Positions 14,533 through 29,070 of a stretch of 64,000 nt of DNA are shown in pieces. This stretch comes from the human T2T-CHM13v2.0 reference genome, Homo sapiens. Within the stretch, counting starts at the first letter, position 1. Each line of letters opens with the position of its first letter. Made by a program: the position numbers and the translations under genes. Below the pieces are notes generated by a model. That model was given only the letters and a program-made list of their open reading frames with translations, searched no databases and had not been told where the DNA came from. The DNA is taken from assembly GCF_009914755.1 (NCBI RefSeq), contig NC_060934.1; one strand, written 5' to 3'.

Positions 14533-14585
14533 TTAAGCCACAAATTTTGTAGCAATTTCTTTTGGCAGCACTAGGAAACTAGTTA
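14141..14585 (+). mobile_element. MaLR solo LTR (MLT1B/C-like)
   Basis: 'tgtaatgggt...gtacctgtaaatgtcaccttattttgaaatagg...caagccaaggag...gaaactagaagaggcaaggaaggattcttccctagagcc...ggcagcactaggaaact'. Confidence 0.85.
14491..14533 (+). repeat. (ATT)n microsatellite, ~14 units
   Basis: Perfect att repeats inside the MLT1 LTR. Confidence 0.97.
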
Positions 14586-14821
14586 ATGCCTCTATTATTT
14601 AGTTGAACAAAGAACACTATTAAGTATTTTTAAGACAATGTATATCAATGTTGATTATGGTAAGCATACAGTTTATAATCATATAAGTTTCTATGTAAAA
14701 TTTCACGTTATTATATTGATTTTGTTTTGTTTTAATCATACAAGACTTGCTTGGATGTGGTACCATTGAATACCATCCCCATTCCCTCCTGTCCCACAGC
14801 TTTTTGAAATTTATGGGGCTT

Positions 14822-15002
14822 TGTTCCAGACTGAATATTTCTTTTCCCTCAAATTTCATATGTTAAAGCCTTACCCCACACTGTGACAGTATTGGGAAGT
14901 GAGGTCTTTGAGAATTAATTAGGTTTAGACAAAGTCATGAGTGTAGGGCCCTCATCAGTGGAATTAGTGTCCTTATGAGAACAGGAAGAGAGTCTATAGA
15001 GT

Positions 15003-15037
<35 letters not shown>

Positions 15038-15209
15038 ATCTGCTATGTGAGGATATAGCAAGCTGGGAAGAAGACCTCACCAGGAAACAAATTTGCTAGC
15101 ACCTTAATCTTGCACTTTCCAGCTTCTACAATTGTGAGAAATAAATGTCTGCTGTGTAAGCCATCCAGTCCATGATATTTTGTTATAGAAGCCTGGACTG
15201 ACTGATATA
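14822..15209 (+). mobile_element. MaLR solo LTR (MLT1A-like) with internal (CT)n
   Basis: 'tgttccagactgaat...aaatttcatatgttaaagcc...gtgagaaataaatgtctgctgtgtaagccatccagtccatgatattttgttatag'; near-TSD ggctt/ggctg; (CT)n at ~15004-15031. Confidence 0.85.
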
Positions 15210-15602
15210 GGCTGGAACATGCTGGAGAGATGGTACAAAATCTAATTTTAGAAAAATATTTTAAGTTGTAAGATCTGAAGCAAAAATCACTTAAATATAC
15301 CATTTACATTAACCAAATTACTCCATTTACAGTATCAAATTAAGGAAATTTATGTTTTATTCAAGCCTTTTAAAATCAGCACACCCACCTTGCAGAGGTA
15401 ATTAATAACCCATGATTATTAATTATGTTTGCCAATTTAATTTTCATCTAGTATTACTTGCAGGGAAAGTTTGAAATTGATAAATTATCTTCCTTTTGAG
15501 ATATCACTTGTATAACTAAAGGCTACCTATAATTTCTAATTGTTACGTTTTAATGCAACTTTAAACTTCTAAGAAAAATATTTCAATATATTGTTAAATT
15601 GA

Positions 15603-15644
15603 CTTAAATGACTAAGATTGTGGCTTAAATGACTAAGATTGTGG
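15603..15644 (+). repeat. Perfect 21-bp tandem duplication
   Basis: cttaaatgactaagattgtgg x2 (15603-15623, 15624-15644). Confidence 0.97.
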
Positions 15645-15762
15645 TGGAGAGGATATTCCCCAAACTAACTCTTTCTCTGACATTTAGGGGTTCATTGTAA
15701 TAGTAACACCTTGCTAGCAATCATCTACTAGTGATATGCTCATGGAACATGCCGGAGAGAAG

Positions 15763-15899
15763 GTGTGTCTGAGTCCTAGACCGTCTCCCATCCCAGTACC
15801 TGTAAATGTCACCTTATTTTGAAATAGGAGCTTTACAGATATAATAAAGTTAAAGATCTCAGGTGAGATCATCCTGAATTTAGAGTGAGTCATGGATAT
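15763..15899 (+). repeat. Local duplicate of 14170-14307 (part of the MLT1 LTR)
   Basis: Manual alignment: 3 substitutions and one 1-bp indel over 138 bp. Confidence 0.97.
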
Positions 15900-15921
15900 G
15901 TATATATGCAAATATATATTA

Positions 15922-16036
15922 CATGCCTGTGGAGGCAGGGTGTATATAATATGTATATATATTAGGTATGTATTTGTGTGTATATATGTGTGTGTGTATA
16001 TATATATATTATATACACCCTGCCTCCACATGCATG
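15922..16036. repeat. Inverted repeat, 31-bp arms with TA/TG-repeat spacer
   Basis: 15922-15952 catgcctgtggaggcagggtgtatataatat is the reverse complement of 16006-16036 atattatatacaccctgcctccacatgcatg with 1 mismatch. Confidence 0.96.
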
Positions 16037-16121
16037 GCCTCCCTCATTATCAGTATCCTCCCCCAGAGTGGTACAACTGTTAAAATTGACTTGCCTATAT
16101 TAATACAATGTTATCACCCAG
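16011..16121 (-). mobile_element. L1MD-like 3' UTR fragment
   Basis: 'atatacaccctgcctccacatgcatggcctccctcattatcagtatcctcccccagagtggtaca...ttatcaccca'. Confidence 0.65.
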
Positions 16122-16565
16122 TGGTAAATATACATAACATAAAAGGTATAATTTAATCATTTTAAATTCTAAAACTCAGTGATATTGAATACATTCACGA
16201 TGTTGTATAATTAACACTGTTTTCCTAACTTTGATATCACGTCAAACAGAAATTCTGTACCATTAAGCAATAATTTTCCATTCCCCTTGCCCCAGCCTCC
16301 ATGCCCTGGAAACATGCAATCTGCATTCCCTCTACATGAATTTGACTATTCATGATCTTTCATATAAGTAGAATCATATACTATTTGTCCTTTTCTATCT
16401 CACTTATTTTATTTATCATGTTTTCAAGATTTATCCATGTTGTAAACATGTGTCAGAACATCATTCCCTTTTTATGGCTAAATAATATTCTCTTGTATGT
16501 ACATGCCACATTTTGTTTATCCACACATACAGGTTTGTTTTCACTTTTTGACTCTTGTGAATAAG
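16121..16565 (-). mobile_element. L1MB 3' end fragment
   Basis: 'gtggtaaatatacataacataaaa...acattcacgatgttgtata...catataagtagaatcatatactatttgtccttt...ccctttttatggctaaataatattc'. Confidence 0.8.
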
Positions 16566-18104
16566 AATGAGTGATGGTATCTGGCATGTGCATGCAGCCA
16601 CTTTCTTACTAAAGACCAATAGCATCAAGCACTCCACCAATGGTTGTTATTTATCTGATTAGGATCCAGAGTTCCAAAAATGTTAATTCTTATTTTTTCC
16701 ACTTTAATGGCAGTTTTTGTGAAGGGACTGACTTCTAAAACTTCCTATTCCAATCTTCTAAAATCCACTTCAAAAGAATGGTTTAAATTCTTTGCTTGTA
16801 GGATGAAATTGATAAAAAAAATATTTTACCAACTTTCAAAATTGCATCGCAGAGATAATGTCTTTGACTGTTGGGTGTTCACATATTTGGCATGTTATAA
16901 ACAACTTTCTGGAAGATAAAGGCGTTTTATCTCATACTTAATATTGACAGGAACCATTGGGCTAGCAATGGCTTTTGGGTTTGATGTGATATATTTGTAT
17001 GTAATGAGTTTTTAAAAGTTAGAGTGAAAAGTCATCTCATACAAAACAAAATAGTTTTTACTGTTACAAGAAAGTAGTTATTAATTACTTATAAAACCTG
17101 CAAGTATCTTTATATTTGGTGACTTATTTTTCTCCAGTCATCTTGTATTGTTATTAGTGGAGAAAAAAATATGAGTGCTCTTTATCTATGACAATGTGGA
17201 AAGTATATATAAGGTTTCCCTAAAAATTCTTCTTCTAAGTTTTTAATCCTCTAAAACCATCATGGATATGTACAAATAAATATTGATAATAGCAACTTAA
17301 GGATCATTTTTACTGCTATCAGAAATTGAAAATACTGCAACAGTCCATCAATAGAGAAATGGTTATGTATATTATGATATATAGCATACATAGCATATGT
17401 CCATATATAGAATATGTACCAAATGTATACAACAACGTACAATGAATACACGATTATACTAAGATGGATAGGCATGGATCCACACATTACTCTGTTTGTA
17501 CATGGTCTTTTCCAAAAAGTAATAAAATGTAAGAAAGAAGAAAAGAAAAAAAAGAGAAAGAGAATAAAGGCAACTAAATAAAATATAAACCAGGATGCAT
17601 AAGTGGTCTCATCTTAGGACTGGAACACCAGTAAAGCCTCTCCTCTCTGGAAAAAGTTTAGGTCTCTGAAGTTTTCTCAGTGCATCATAACTGACAGCAG
17701 CAGGAATGTGGTTTTGCTAACGGCAACAGAAAAGCAAAACTGTCTCAAGATTGTAATATTAATCCAAAGGTGAAACTTTCTTACCTTAGTATTGCTGCTT
17801 TCTGTATGCACATCCGAAAGGACCTAGGAAGGTGGAAACAACATAGGAAGGTGACAAATGTAGAAAGTAAAAAAATAAGGTAAACTTAAAAGGTAATAAG
17901 ACTAACATTCATTCATTCACATTAAGCTCCTAACTTGTAACACATTTTCTTGTAGGCCTGTAGCAGTGAAAAAAACGAAAGAAAAAAATATATGCCTTTT
18001 TGGGGCTTATATTCTCTTGGAAGGAGATATATAATAACATAAGTAATTAAACTATATAATATGTTAAGTGTTGATAAGTGCTATGGAGGAAAGTAAGGCA
18101 GACA

Positions 18105-20183
<2,079 letters not shown>

Positions 20184-20276
20184 ATAAAGAACACGAGGAG
20201 GAGATATAATTTTAAGTAGGGAAAAAAGGAAGGCATGAAGGAGACAGTAACGTATGAGTGAAAGACTTGAAAGAGG

Positions 20277-20654
20277 TGATATGGTTTGACTGGGTCCCCC
20301 ACTAAATCTAAAGCTTGAATTGTAGTTCACATAATCCCCATGTGTCATGGGAGGGACCTGGTGGGAGATAATTTAATCTTGGGGTCAGTTACCTCCATGC
20401 TGCTGTTCTTGTGATATGAGTGAGTTCTCATGTTCTACGATGGTTTTATTAGGGTTTTTTCCCCCTATTTTGCTTGGCACTTCTCCTTGCTGCCACCACT
20501 TGAAGAAGGATGTGTTGCTTTCCCTTATCATGGTTATAAGTTTCCTGAGGTCTCACCAGCTATGCAGAACTGTGACTCAAGTAAGCCTCTTTCCTTTATA
20601 AATTACCCAGTCTAGGATACGTTTTTATTAACAGCATGAGAAGGAACTAATACA
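20277..20654 (+). mobile_element. THE1 (C/D-like) solo LTR
   Basis: 'tgatatggtttgactgggtcccc...gggagggacctggtgggag...cctttataaattacccagtct...aactaataca' with TG...CA termini. Confidence 0.92.
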
Positions 20655-20739
20655 GAAGGTAAGAAAACAATCCAAGGGGGGATTTGAAGACAGGTGTTTT
20701 CAGTCACAGAAACCATGTAAAAAGCATCTAATGTGAGAG

Positions 20740-21108
20740 TGCTGTGATCTGAATGTTGACAACCCCCCGAAATTCATATGTTGAAATCTAATTCACAGTA
20801 TGGTACATTAAAAGTTAAGGTCTTTGGAAGGTGTTTATGTCATGAATACAGAGCCTTCATGAAGGAGATTGGTGCCTTCATAAAAGATGCCTGAGGGGGT
20901 TGGTTTTTACCTTCCACCATATGATGACTCCACCATATGAAGAAGAAGATGGGTCTATGAACTAGGAAATGGGGCCTCACCATATAGGGAATATGTGAGC
21001 ACCTTGATCTTGGACTTAGCTTCCAGAACTGTGAAAAATAAATTTATGTCATTTATAAGCTACTTATTATATGATATTTTGTTATAGCTGCTCAAATGGA
21101 CTAACACA
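20740..21108 (+). mobile_element. MaLR solo LTR (MLT1A/MSTD-like)
   Basis: 'tgctgtgatctgaatgtt...aaattcatatgttgaaatctaa...ttccagaactgtgaaaaataaattt...ggactaacaca'; 5-bp near-TSD gagag/gagac. Confidence 0.88.
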
Positions 21109-22177
21109 GAGACAATTCCCAGCCTGCCCAAAGAGCATCAGGAAGTGTTGGGTACAGTGAAGCTGGAACAGAGCCATGAGGGGAAGAGCAACAGGGCTGT
21201 GATCAAAGAGGTGTGCCTGGTGGGCAGCATGAGTAGAGCTGTATAATCTGTACAATAATGACTCAGAGTGGAATTAGAAGTCCTTAAAAGTTGGTGAGCA
21301 GAGTGGCATGATCTCTATTATATGATGTTATATTCTTGCTTGGATATTGAGAATAGACTGAAGGTGAAGGCTAATGCAGAAGCAGGAAGGGAGCTAAAAA
21401 TTCAGATGAGACATGATGTTGGCTTGGCCTGGGTTGATAACTGCAGTAGTAAAAATTATTTAAATGTTTTGAAGGTAGGTTTGCTGAGAAGTAATTTTGG
21501 AGGTACATTACCAAGACTAAATTTATATTTTATAAAATGAACAAATTTAAGGTGTATACCTTAACTTTATATATTTATGCACTCATATTCGCACCACCCA
21601 TATTAAGATAAAGAACAGTTTCACTACCACAGAAAATCTTCTGGTGCTTTATTCCAGTCAATAACAACCACTGGTCAAAGGATATTCTACTATGACCATA
21701 GTTTTCTTTTGCCTCTCACTAAACTTAATTTGTCTGGAGTCATATATATTTTAAGCTTCTGTGTTTGACCTATTTTACTCAACATGATGTTTTGTAGAGA
21801 TATCCATGCTGTTTTATGTGTCAATATTTTATTTTTTATTGCTATGTATTATTACTCTGTAAGTCAATATCATAATTTGTTTATCTCTTCTCCTCTTTAT
21901 AGATGTTACATCCAGTTTTTGCCTACAAAGAAAAATAAACTGCTATGAATAATTTTATATCTGTCTATTCTGTGAATACACACCCTCCCTGATTTATTTT
22001 TGGAATATACCTATAAATTGAATTACGATGTCATTGGGCATGTGTGCAGTTTAACTTTATAAGAAATAGCCAAACTTCTTTAAGATGTAGCTATACAATT
22101 TACTCTCCCACCACAAATGTATGAGATTTTCTTTGTTTCAGAACCTCTTCAAAATTGCTATATTCAGTTCCCAATTG

Positions 22178-22290
22178 TTTTTTTCTTAAGAGATGGGGTC
22201 TTGCTCTGTCACACAGGCTGGAGTGGAATGGCACAATCATAGCTCACTGCAGCCTTGAACTCCTGGGCTCAACCTATCCTCCCATACTGG
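22178..22290 (-). mobile_element. Alu monomer fragment (FLAM/AluJ)
   Basis: 'gagatggggtcttgctctgtcacacaggctggagtgg...ctcactgcagccttgaactcctgggctcaa'. Confidence 0.85.
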
Positions 22291-22587
22291 TCTCCAGGTA
22301 TTTAGCCATTTTAATTTTACCAGTTCTCTTGGATATGTAGTGACATCTCATTCAGGTTTTTATTTTCATTTTTCTGATGACCAACTGTTCAGCACATTTT
22401 CTTATCCTGATTACCCACTTGGCTGTCTTCTTTTATGAACTTACTGTTCAAGTCTTTTGCCCACTTTTAATTGAGTGATTTATCTTCTGCATAACAATTT
22501 TTAGGATTTATTTACTCTCCATAGAAATCTTCTGTCAGGTCTATGTATTTCAAATATGTTGTCTAACCGTGACATTTCTATTCATTT

Positions 22588-23450
22588 TTAATTGGGATAA
22601 AAACATAACTTGTGATCTATCCTCTTAATAAGGTTTTAAATGTACAATATAGTACTGTTAAGTATAGGCATGATGTTGTACAGAAAATCTCTGGAACTTA
22701 TGCAACTTACACAACTAAAACTTTATACCCGTTGAACAACAACCCTTCTTCCTCCTTCCCCTTACCATTCTACTCTCTATTTCTATGAGTTTGACTATTT
22801 TAGAAAGCTCATATAAGTGAAATCATGCAGAATTTGTCCCTCTGTGACTGACTTATCATGCTTAGCATGATATCCTCCAAGTTCATCCATGTTGTTGCAA
22901 ATGGCAGAATGTCCTTCCTTCTTAAAGCTGAAAATATTCCGTTGTATTTATACACCACATTTTCTTTATCCATTAATGCACTAATGGACATTTAAGTTTT
23001 CAAATTTTGGTTTTTTGTGAGTAATGCTGCAAAGAACAGGGGTATGCAGGTAAGTCTACCACATTCTAATTTCCATTCTTGTGGACATATGCCCAAGAGT
23101 AAGATTGCTGGATCATATAGTAGTTCTAATTTTAGTTTTTTTGAGGAACCTCCATACTGTTATTCACAGTGGCTGAACCAATTTACATCCCAATTTACAG
23201 CAAGAGTGTACAAGGGTTCATCACTGCCAACACTTGTTATGTCTTGTTTTGTTTTATAATGGCTCGCCTAATGGGTGTGAAATGATATCATATTGTGGCT
23301 TTCATTTGTATTTCTCTGATCATTAGCAATGTTGAACATCTTTTCATATACCTTTTGGCTATTTGTATGTCTTTGAAGAAATTTATTCAGTCACTTTGCC
23401 CCCTTTTAAGTTATTTTTTCTGTTGTTGAAGGAGTTCCTTATATATGTAA
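22588..23450 (-). mobile_element. L1MA9/10-like 3' end
   Basis: 'gtgatctatcctcttaa...gtacaatatagtactgttaagtataggc'; minus ORF 22809-22991 has ORF2-end similarity (FATTWMNLEDIMLS). Confidence 0.8.
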
Positions 23451-23825
23451 TGAGGTTTTTAAATAAATGAATATAAGTTTAATATAGTAAAAACATTAAT
23501 ACAATTTTTATTTTTATGTTTAATACATTCTGTACTCCAGAATGTATTAAAATTAAAAATTAATTGTTTATCTCACCCAAGATTATTATGATGTTCCTTA
23601 AAGTATTCTTCTAGAAGCTTTAGCATTCATATTTAGGTCTGTGATCCATCTTACACTGAATATTGTGGATGATATGAGTGAGATATTAATATTAATGAAA
23701 ATGCTAATTATAATAGATTCTCACGTCCTAGCCAAAGCTTTTGTATATTAGGATCTCTTGAGGTCTAGGTTATTTAAAGGTAATAGACAATCAGTTTTAA
23801 TGAATTTGTTTTCTTTTTCTATCTG

Positions 23826-24179
23826 GTGGTTCTTAACCTTTGTTCCATATTAGAATCAAGTGGTTAGCTTGCTTGCTTTGTTTTGTCTTTGCTTTTAATA
23901 CCACTGCTTCAATCATACCTTCAAAAATTCTAATTTGATAACCTGGACATCAGGATTTTTTGGAGGGTGGGGGACAGGGTCTCACTCTGTCACCTGGGCT
24001 AGTGTACTGTGGCATGATCACAGATCACTGCAGCCTCGAACTCTTGGGCTTGAGGGATCCTTCTGCCTCAGCCTCTCACGTAGTTTGAATTACAGGTGTG
24101 AGCCACCATGCCTGGTGACACTGGGATTTTAATGCATCTCTGGGTGAGTCTAACATAAAGCCAAGTTTAGGAATCATTG
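23826..24179. mobile_element. MER5-type hAT-Charlie DNA transposon, interrupted by an Alu monomer
   Basis: 'gtggttcttaacctttg...ttagaatca' and '...ggtgagtctaacataaagccaagtttaggaatcattg' termini. Confidence 0.55.
23972..24116 (-). mobile_element. Alu monomer (FLAM_C/FRAM)
   Basis: 'gacagggtctcactctgtcacc...cactgcagcctcgaactcttgggct...ttacaggtgtgagccaccatgcctgg'. Confidence 0.85.
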
Positions 24180-25518
24180 ACAAGCTCCAGAAGCCTGGAA
24201 AAATGTATACGTGAAGATAGAGGTTAGCGTTACTCTCTCATTGGATGAAAACACCTGACAAGATTTACTTATTTATTTATTTATTTATTGGGAAACAACA
24301 TTGGAAGCAGTTTCTGCTCTGCCTCTTTAATCCCTTGGCCAACGCAATCTTGAGTTCTGCACAGTCTCACTATTAAGTCTTGTAGGGTGAATACATCTTT
24401 ACTTCAAGTTTTCATGCACTTTATCTTCATCTCGGAGAATTATTATTTGAAAAAAGTTCTCAATATAAAACTCATATTAAGTAAAAGACATATAATACAT
24501 TGTAATAATTCAGCAAATATTGCTTATGGTGTTGTACTTACCTGACACTTGTGAAAAATTTAAGGAAAAATTTTAAATAGTTTTACATTACTTTCATAGA
24601 AGAACCACAGTAATATAAGAGCTCTGCAAGTCCACGTTTTACTACGTTGCATTATTTGAAAAGCAAACTAATTTTGAAGTATCTGATGATTTCAAAACAC
24701 AGTTCACTATTATTTAATTAGTGAAGGGAGATGCATGTGAGGATTTGAAATATAATTTTTAACGTTGACTTAGATACTTTCCCGAAATACCATAAAAGTA
24801 AATGGTATTTATATATTTGTTTGTAAGATGCTATGATTTTAAATTTAAAAGTCTATGTAGCTTTTTCTGAAGGAAGCTGCTCTACCATTGTAGAAGCAAT
24901 TTTGGGGCATTTCTCTTACTTGATTGACTCTTTTCTTATCCAGATGCTACCCATTTTCAAGATTGCACAAACTCCACTTCTATAAGGGAACTCAGCCCAC
25001 AAGGCTCTCATGTACATCAGTAACGTCTATATCTTTATTTACCACATATGACTTGCCCTATCAAATGAAATTATATACCACGAAGTCAGGATCATATCTC
25101 AACTCTTCTGTAAACTCCACAATGCATAGCATAGTGTTACTCATGGGAAGAATCAAATACTTGTGATTGAAATGGGTTAACATTCTTCTCACGTTAAGGA
25201 ACATACTTCTTTTATTGTACCTGTTGTTACGCAGGGTGTAAGATTTATTCTTTTCCCCAGAGTTGATATCAATACTTTAAAAATATGTAAAAATTGAAGA
25301 TAAATGGGGAAACAAACAATTTATGAAGGTCAAAACTATGAAGTAAATTTCAGTTCATGGTTATTTGGCAGAAATACTAGGTTGGAGAGTATGGTTCACA
25401 TATGAGACCAAATTAAATATTATTTAATAGATTTATTTCATACTTAGTTGAAGGAAAGCAAGAAGTAAAAACTTAGCTTGACCAAAAACCTGACTTGCTT
25501 TTGGCAAAAATTGTGGTG

Positions 25519-25520
<2 letters not shown>

Positions 25521-25559
<39 letters not shown>
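25521..25559 (+). repeat. (GA)n microsatellite
   Basis: Near-perfect ga repeats. Confidence 0.95.
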
Positions 25560-25564
<5 letters not shown>

Positions 25565-26274
25565 GAAAGAGAATGAATAACCTCTACCCTGTGAGAAAGT
25601 CTTTCCATTCCAAATGACACAAATAGAGAATCTAATGAATCTGAGTCTAGGAAAGTCAAAAAGGAAGCAGATTGGTATCCAATCATTGAAGACAATAAAC
25701 CTGAACACTAAGAAGACATGACTAAATAAATGTCAGGTTCTAAACAATTAAACTGGTTACTTCTCTTACACTGAAGTAAACAGAGACTGGAAATCTCTGT
25801 CTCAACTCTCCCTATCAACTCAATACCTTGGAGTCGAACATAGTTTTCCAAATAAAAAGATAATGAGGCAGAATATGACACCTTGATTACTAAATGTTCT
25901 AGTTCATATTGAATATTTCCATCTGAACTTGAAAGCCAAGGTCTCGGGGACCCATTTTTAATGTGCTTTTCAAAAAATTCATATTAATTACTTTATATGT
26001 AATTAACAAATAATTAGATATGAGGCTCATAAATGAAATATTTATGTTCATATAATATGGCTAATGTATGGTAACAATAGTATTAAATCTATAGATCTAT
26101 GATGGGAGATTTACTAGAAAAACAATAGTAGGTCTCCCAACCCATGAGCATAGAATGATTTTCCATTTGCTTAGATTATTAGTTTTCAGCATACAAATCT
26201 TAGACATATTTTGCTAAATTTATTTCCAAGGGTTTATTTTTATAGTATTGTGAATATAATTATTTTTAAAAAAA

Positions 26275-26580
26275 ATTTTTTAAGAGAGAAATTGTCTTGC
26301 TCTGTCTACCAGACTGTAGTGCAGTGTCTCCCAATCATAGCTCACTGCAACCTCAAACTCCTGGGCTCAAGCAATCCTCCTGTCTCAATCTCCTGAGTAC
26401 CTAGGACTGAGAGGTGAAAGCCACCATGCCTGGCTAATTTAAAAAAATAATAATAAATTCATAGAGAAGAGGATCTCTCTTTGTTGCCCAGGCTGGTTCT
26501 GAACTCCTAGACTCAAGTAATCCTCCTGACTTGACCTCCTAAGGCACTGGGATTACAGGCCTGAGCTATTGCGCCCGGCC
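26275..26580 (-). mobile_element. AluJ, full length
   Basis: 'atcatagctcactgcaacctcaaactcctgggctcaagcaatcctcc...tgggattacaggcctgagctattgcgcccggcc'. Confidence 0.93.
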
Positions 26581-26761
26581 ACTTCGATTTCTTGATGGCT
26601 TTATCAATATATTCTTCATTGTATTGACTATAACTTCCAGTGCAATACTGGATAGAATTAATGAGAGTGAACATTAGAGACATCTTTGGCATGTTGCCAA
26701 TTTTGAGGGGAAAACATCCAGTCTTTCACCATTAGATATGCCGTAAAATGTAATGTTTTGA

Positions 26762-26784
26762 GTTGTTGTTGTTGTTGTTGTTGA
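26762..26784 (+). repeat. (GTT)n microsatellite
   Basis: gtt x7. Confidence 0.9.
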
Positions 26785-27509
26785 TGTCCTCTAACAGGTT
26801 GAGGAATTTCCATTCTATTTTTTTATTAATTAATGTTAGATTCTGTCAAATCCTTTTCCTGCATCATTGAGATAATCATTTCATTTTAGTTCTTTATTTT
26901 ATAACATAGTATATTACATTAGTTACTTTTTAAGTACTAAAACAATCTTGCATTTCTGGGATTAATTTCACTTAGTCATGGAGTGTAATCATTTTTATAT
27001 ATGGTTGAATTTAGTTTGATAATATTTTATTGGAGATTTTTGTGTCTATATTTGTGAGGTATATAGATCTGTAATTTTATTTTTATTTTTTTCTTTTTAA
27101 AAATTTCTCCTCCTTTCTTTCTTTTTTCATTTTTGCTTTTGAATATAGGCCTGATAACATGAATTGGGAAGTTTCTCTCTTTTTCTATTTTCTGAGTATG
27201 GGTATCATTTCTTCGTTGAATACATGAAATAACTTACCAGTGAAGTCATGTAGTCCTATATATTCCCTTACATAAGACTTTTAATTGCTAATTAAAATTT
27301 AATTGCATATTTATTCAGATTTTCTATTCATTTTTGTTTCAGCTGCAGTAATTTATATATTTTTAAGACTTCATACCTTAAATGTAAGTTGTATAATTTG
27401 TGGTCACAAAGCATTTTATAGTATTTCCCTTGTAATTCATATATTTGGATGGGATGAGGGAGGATTGGTAGTAGTAACCTTTGTTCCTGATTTTGGTAAT
27501 CGACACATT

Positions 27510-27863
<354 letters not shown>

Positions 27864-28069
27864 TAAATATTTCTCACTTTTGTTTATCTTTTCAAAGATT
27901 CAAACTTTGGATCATTAAACTTCTTTATTGTTTTTTGCTTCATTTGCTGTTTGATTTCTGCTCTAATCTGTATTATTTCTTCATTTTTCTTGCTTTGTGC
28001 TCACTTTAGTCTTCCTTTTAACTTCTAAAGTTGGGAGAATGAATTATTAATTTAAGAACTCTCTTTTTA

Positions 28070-29070
28070 AAATAACCTTTAAATTTTGATATAATTGTAG
28101 ATTTACTTGCAGTTGTAAGAAATAATATAGAGAGATCTCTTGTAACCTTATCTCAGTTCTCCCAATGGTAACATCTTGCAAAACGATAGTACAATATCAT
28201 AACCAATATATGGAGATTGATATAGGTAACATACAGAATATTTCCATTACCATGGAATCCCTCATGTTGTTCTTTCCTAGCCACATCCATTTTCCTCTTT
28301 TTCACCTCGTCTTTAACCCTTGACAACCACTAATCTTTCCTCCATTCTCATAATTTTGTCACTTCAGTAATGTTATATAAGGGAAATTCCACATCACATA
28401 ATCTTTTCTGATTATATTTATTTACTCAGCATAATTCTCTGAAGATTTATGGAGGTTGTTGCCTATATCAATAACTTGTTCTTTTTGTTGCTAAGTAGTG
28501 CTTCACTGCATGAATGTAATACATTTTGTTTAAACTTATTTACTCCTTCAAAAATGTCTGGATTGTTTCCAGTTCGGGATTATTAAAAATAAAGCTGCTC
28601 TGAATATTTGTGTAAAGTTTTTGAATTAACATGGTTTTTAAAAATTACTCCGCTGTAAATGCTCAGGAGTGAAATTACTGAGTCATAATGTCATTGCATG
28701 TTAAATTGTTTGTTTGCTTTTTAAAGCAAGTATCAGATTGTTAAAGAGAATGGCTTTATTATTTTACATTCCCATCAACCATGCAGGAGTTACGTAGTTT
28801 CCTGCAGCCTTGCCAGCACTCAGTATTGTCATTATATTTTTAATTTAACTATTATCTTGAGTATATATTGAAATCCCATTGGGGTTTTAATTTTTCATTT
28901 CCCTAATGGCTAATGATGTTGACATATTTTCATGCTCTGATTTTCTAAACATATATTCTTTTCAGTGAAATGTATATTCATGTCTTTTGCCCACTTTCTA
29001 ATTTGACTTTGTTCACTCTTAAGTTTTGAAATTTCTTTATATATTCTTTATACTAGTCTTTTTCAGACAC
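28070..29070 (-). mobile_element. L1MC1/L1MB8-like 3' end
   Basis: 'ataattgtagatttacttgcagttgtaagaaataatatagagagatc...cccaatggtaacatcttgcaaaac'. Confidence 0.75.

Larger units (their letters stand above)
21515..23700 (-). mobile_element. Ancient L1ME/MC element, interrupted by an Alu monomer and an L1MA
   Basis: Reverse L1 3' UTR/ORF2 motifs ('gctatgaataatttt', 'tactctcccaccacaaatgtatgaga', 'tttaggtctgtgatccatctt'). Confidence 0.65.
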
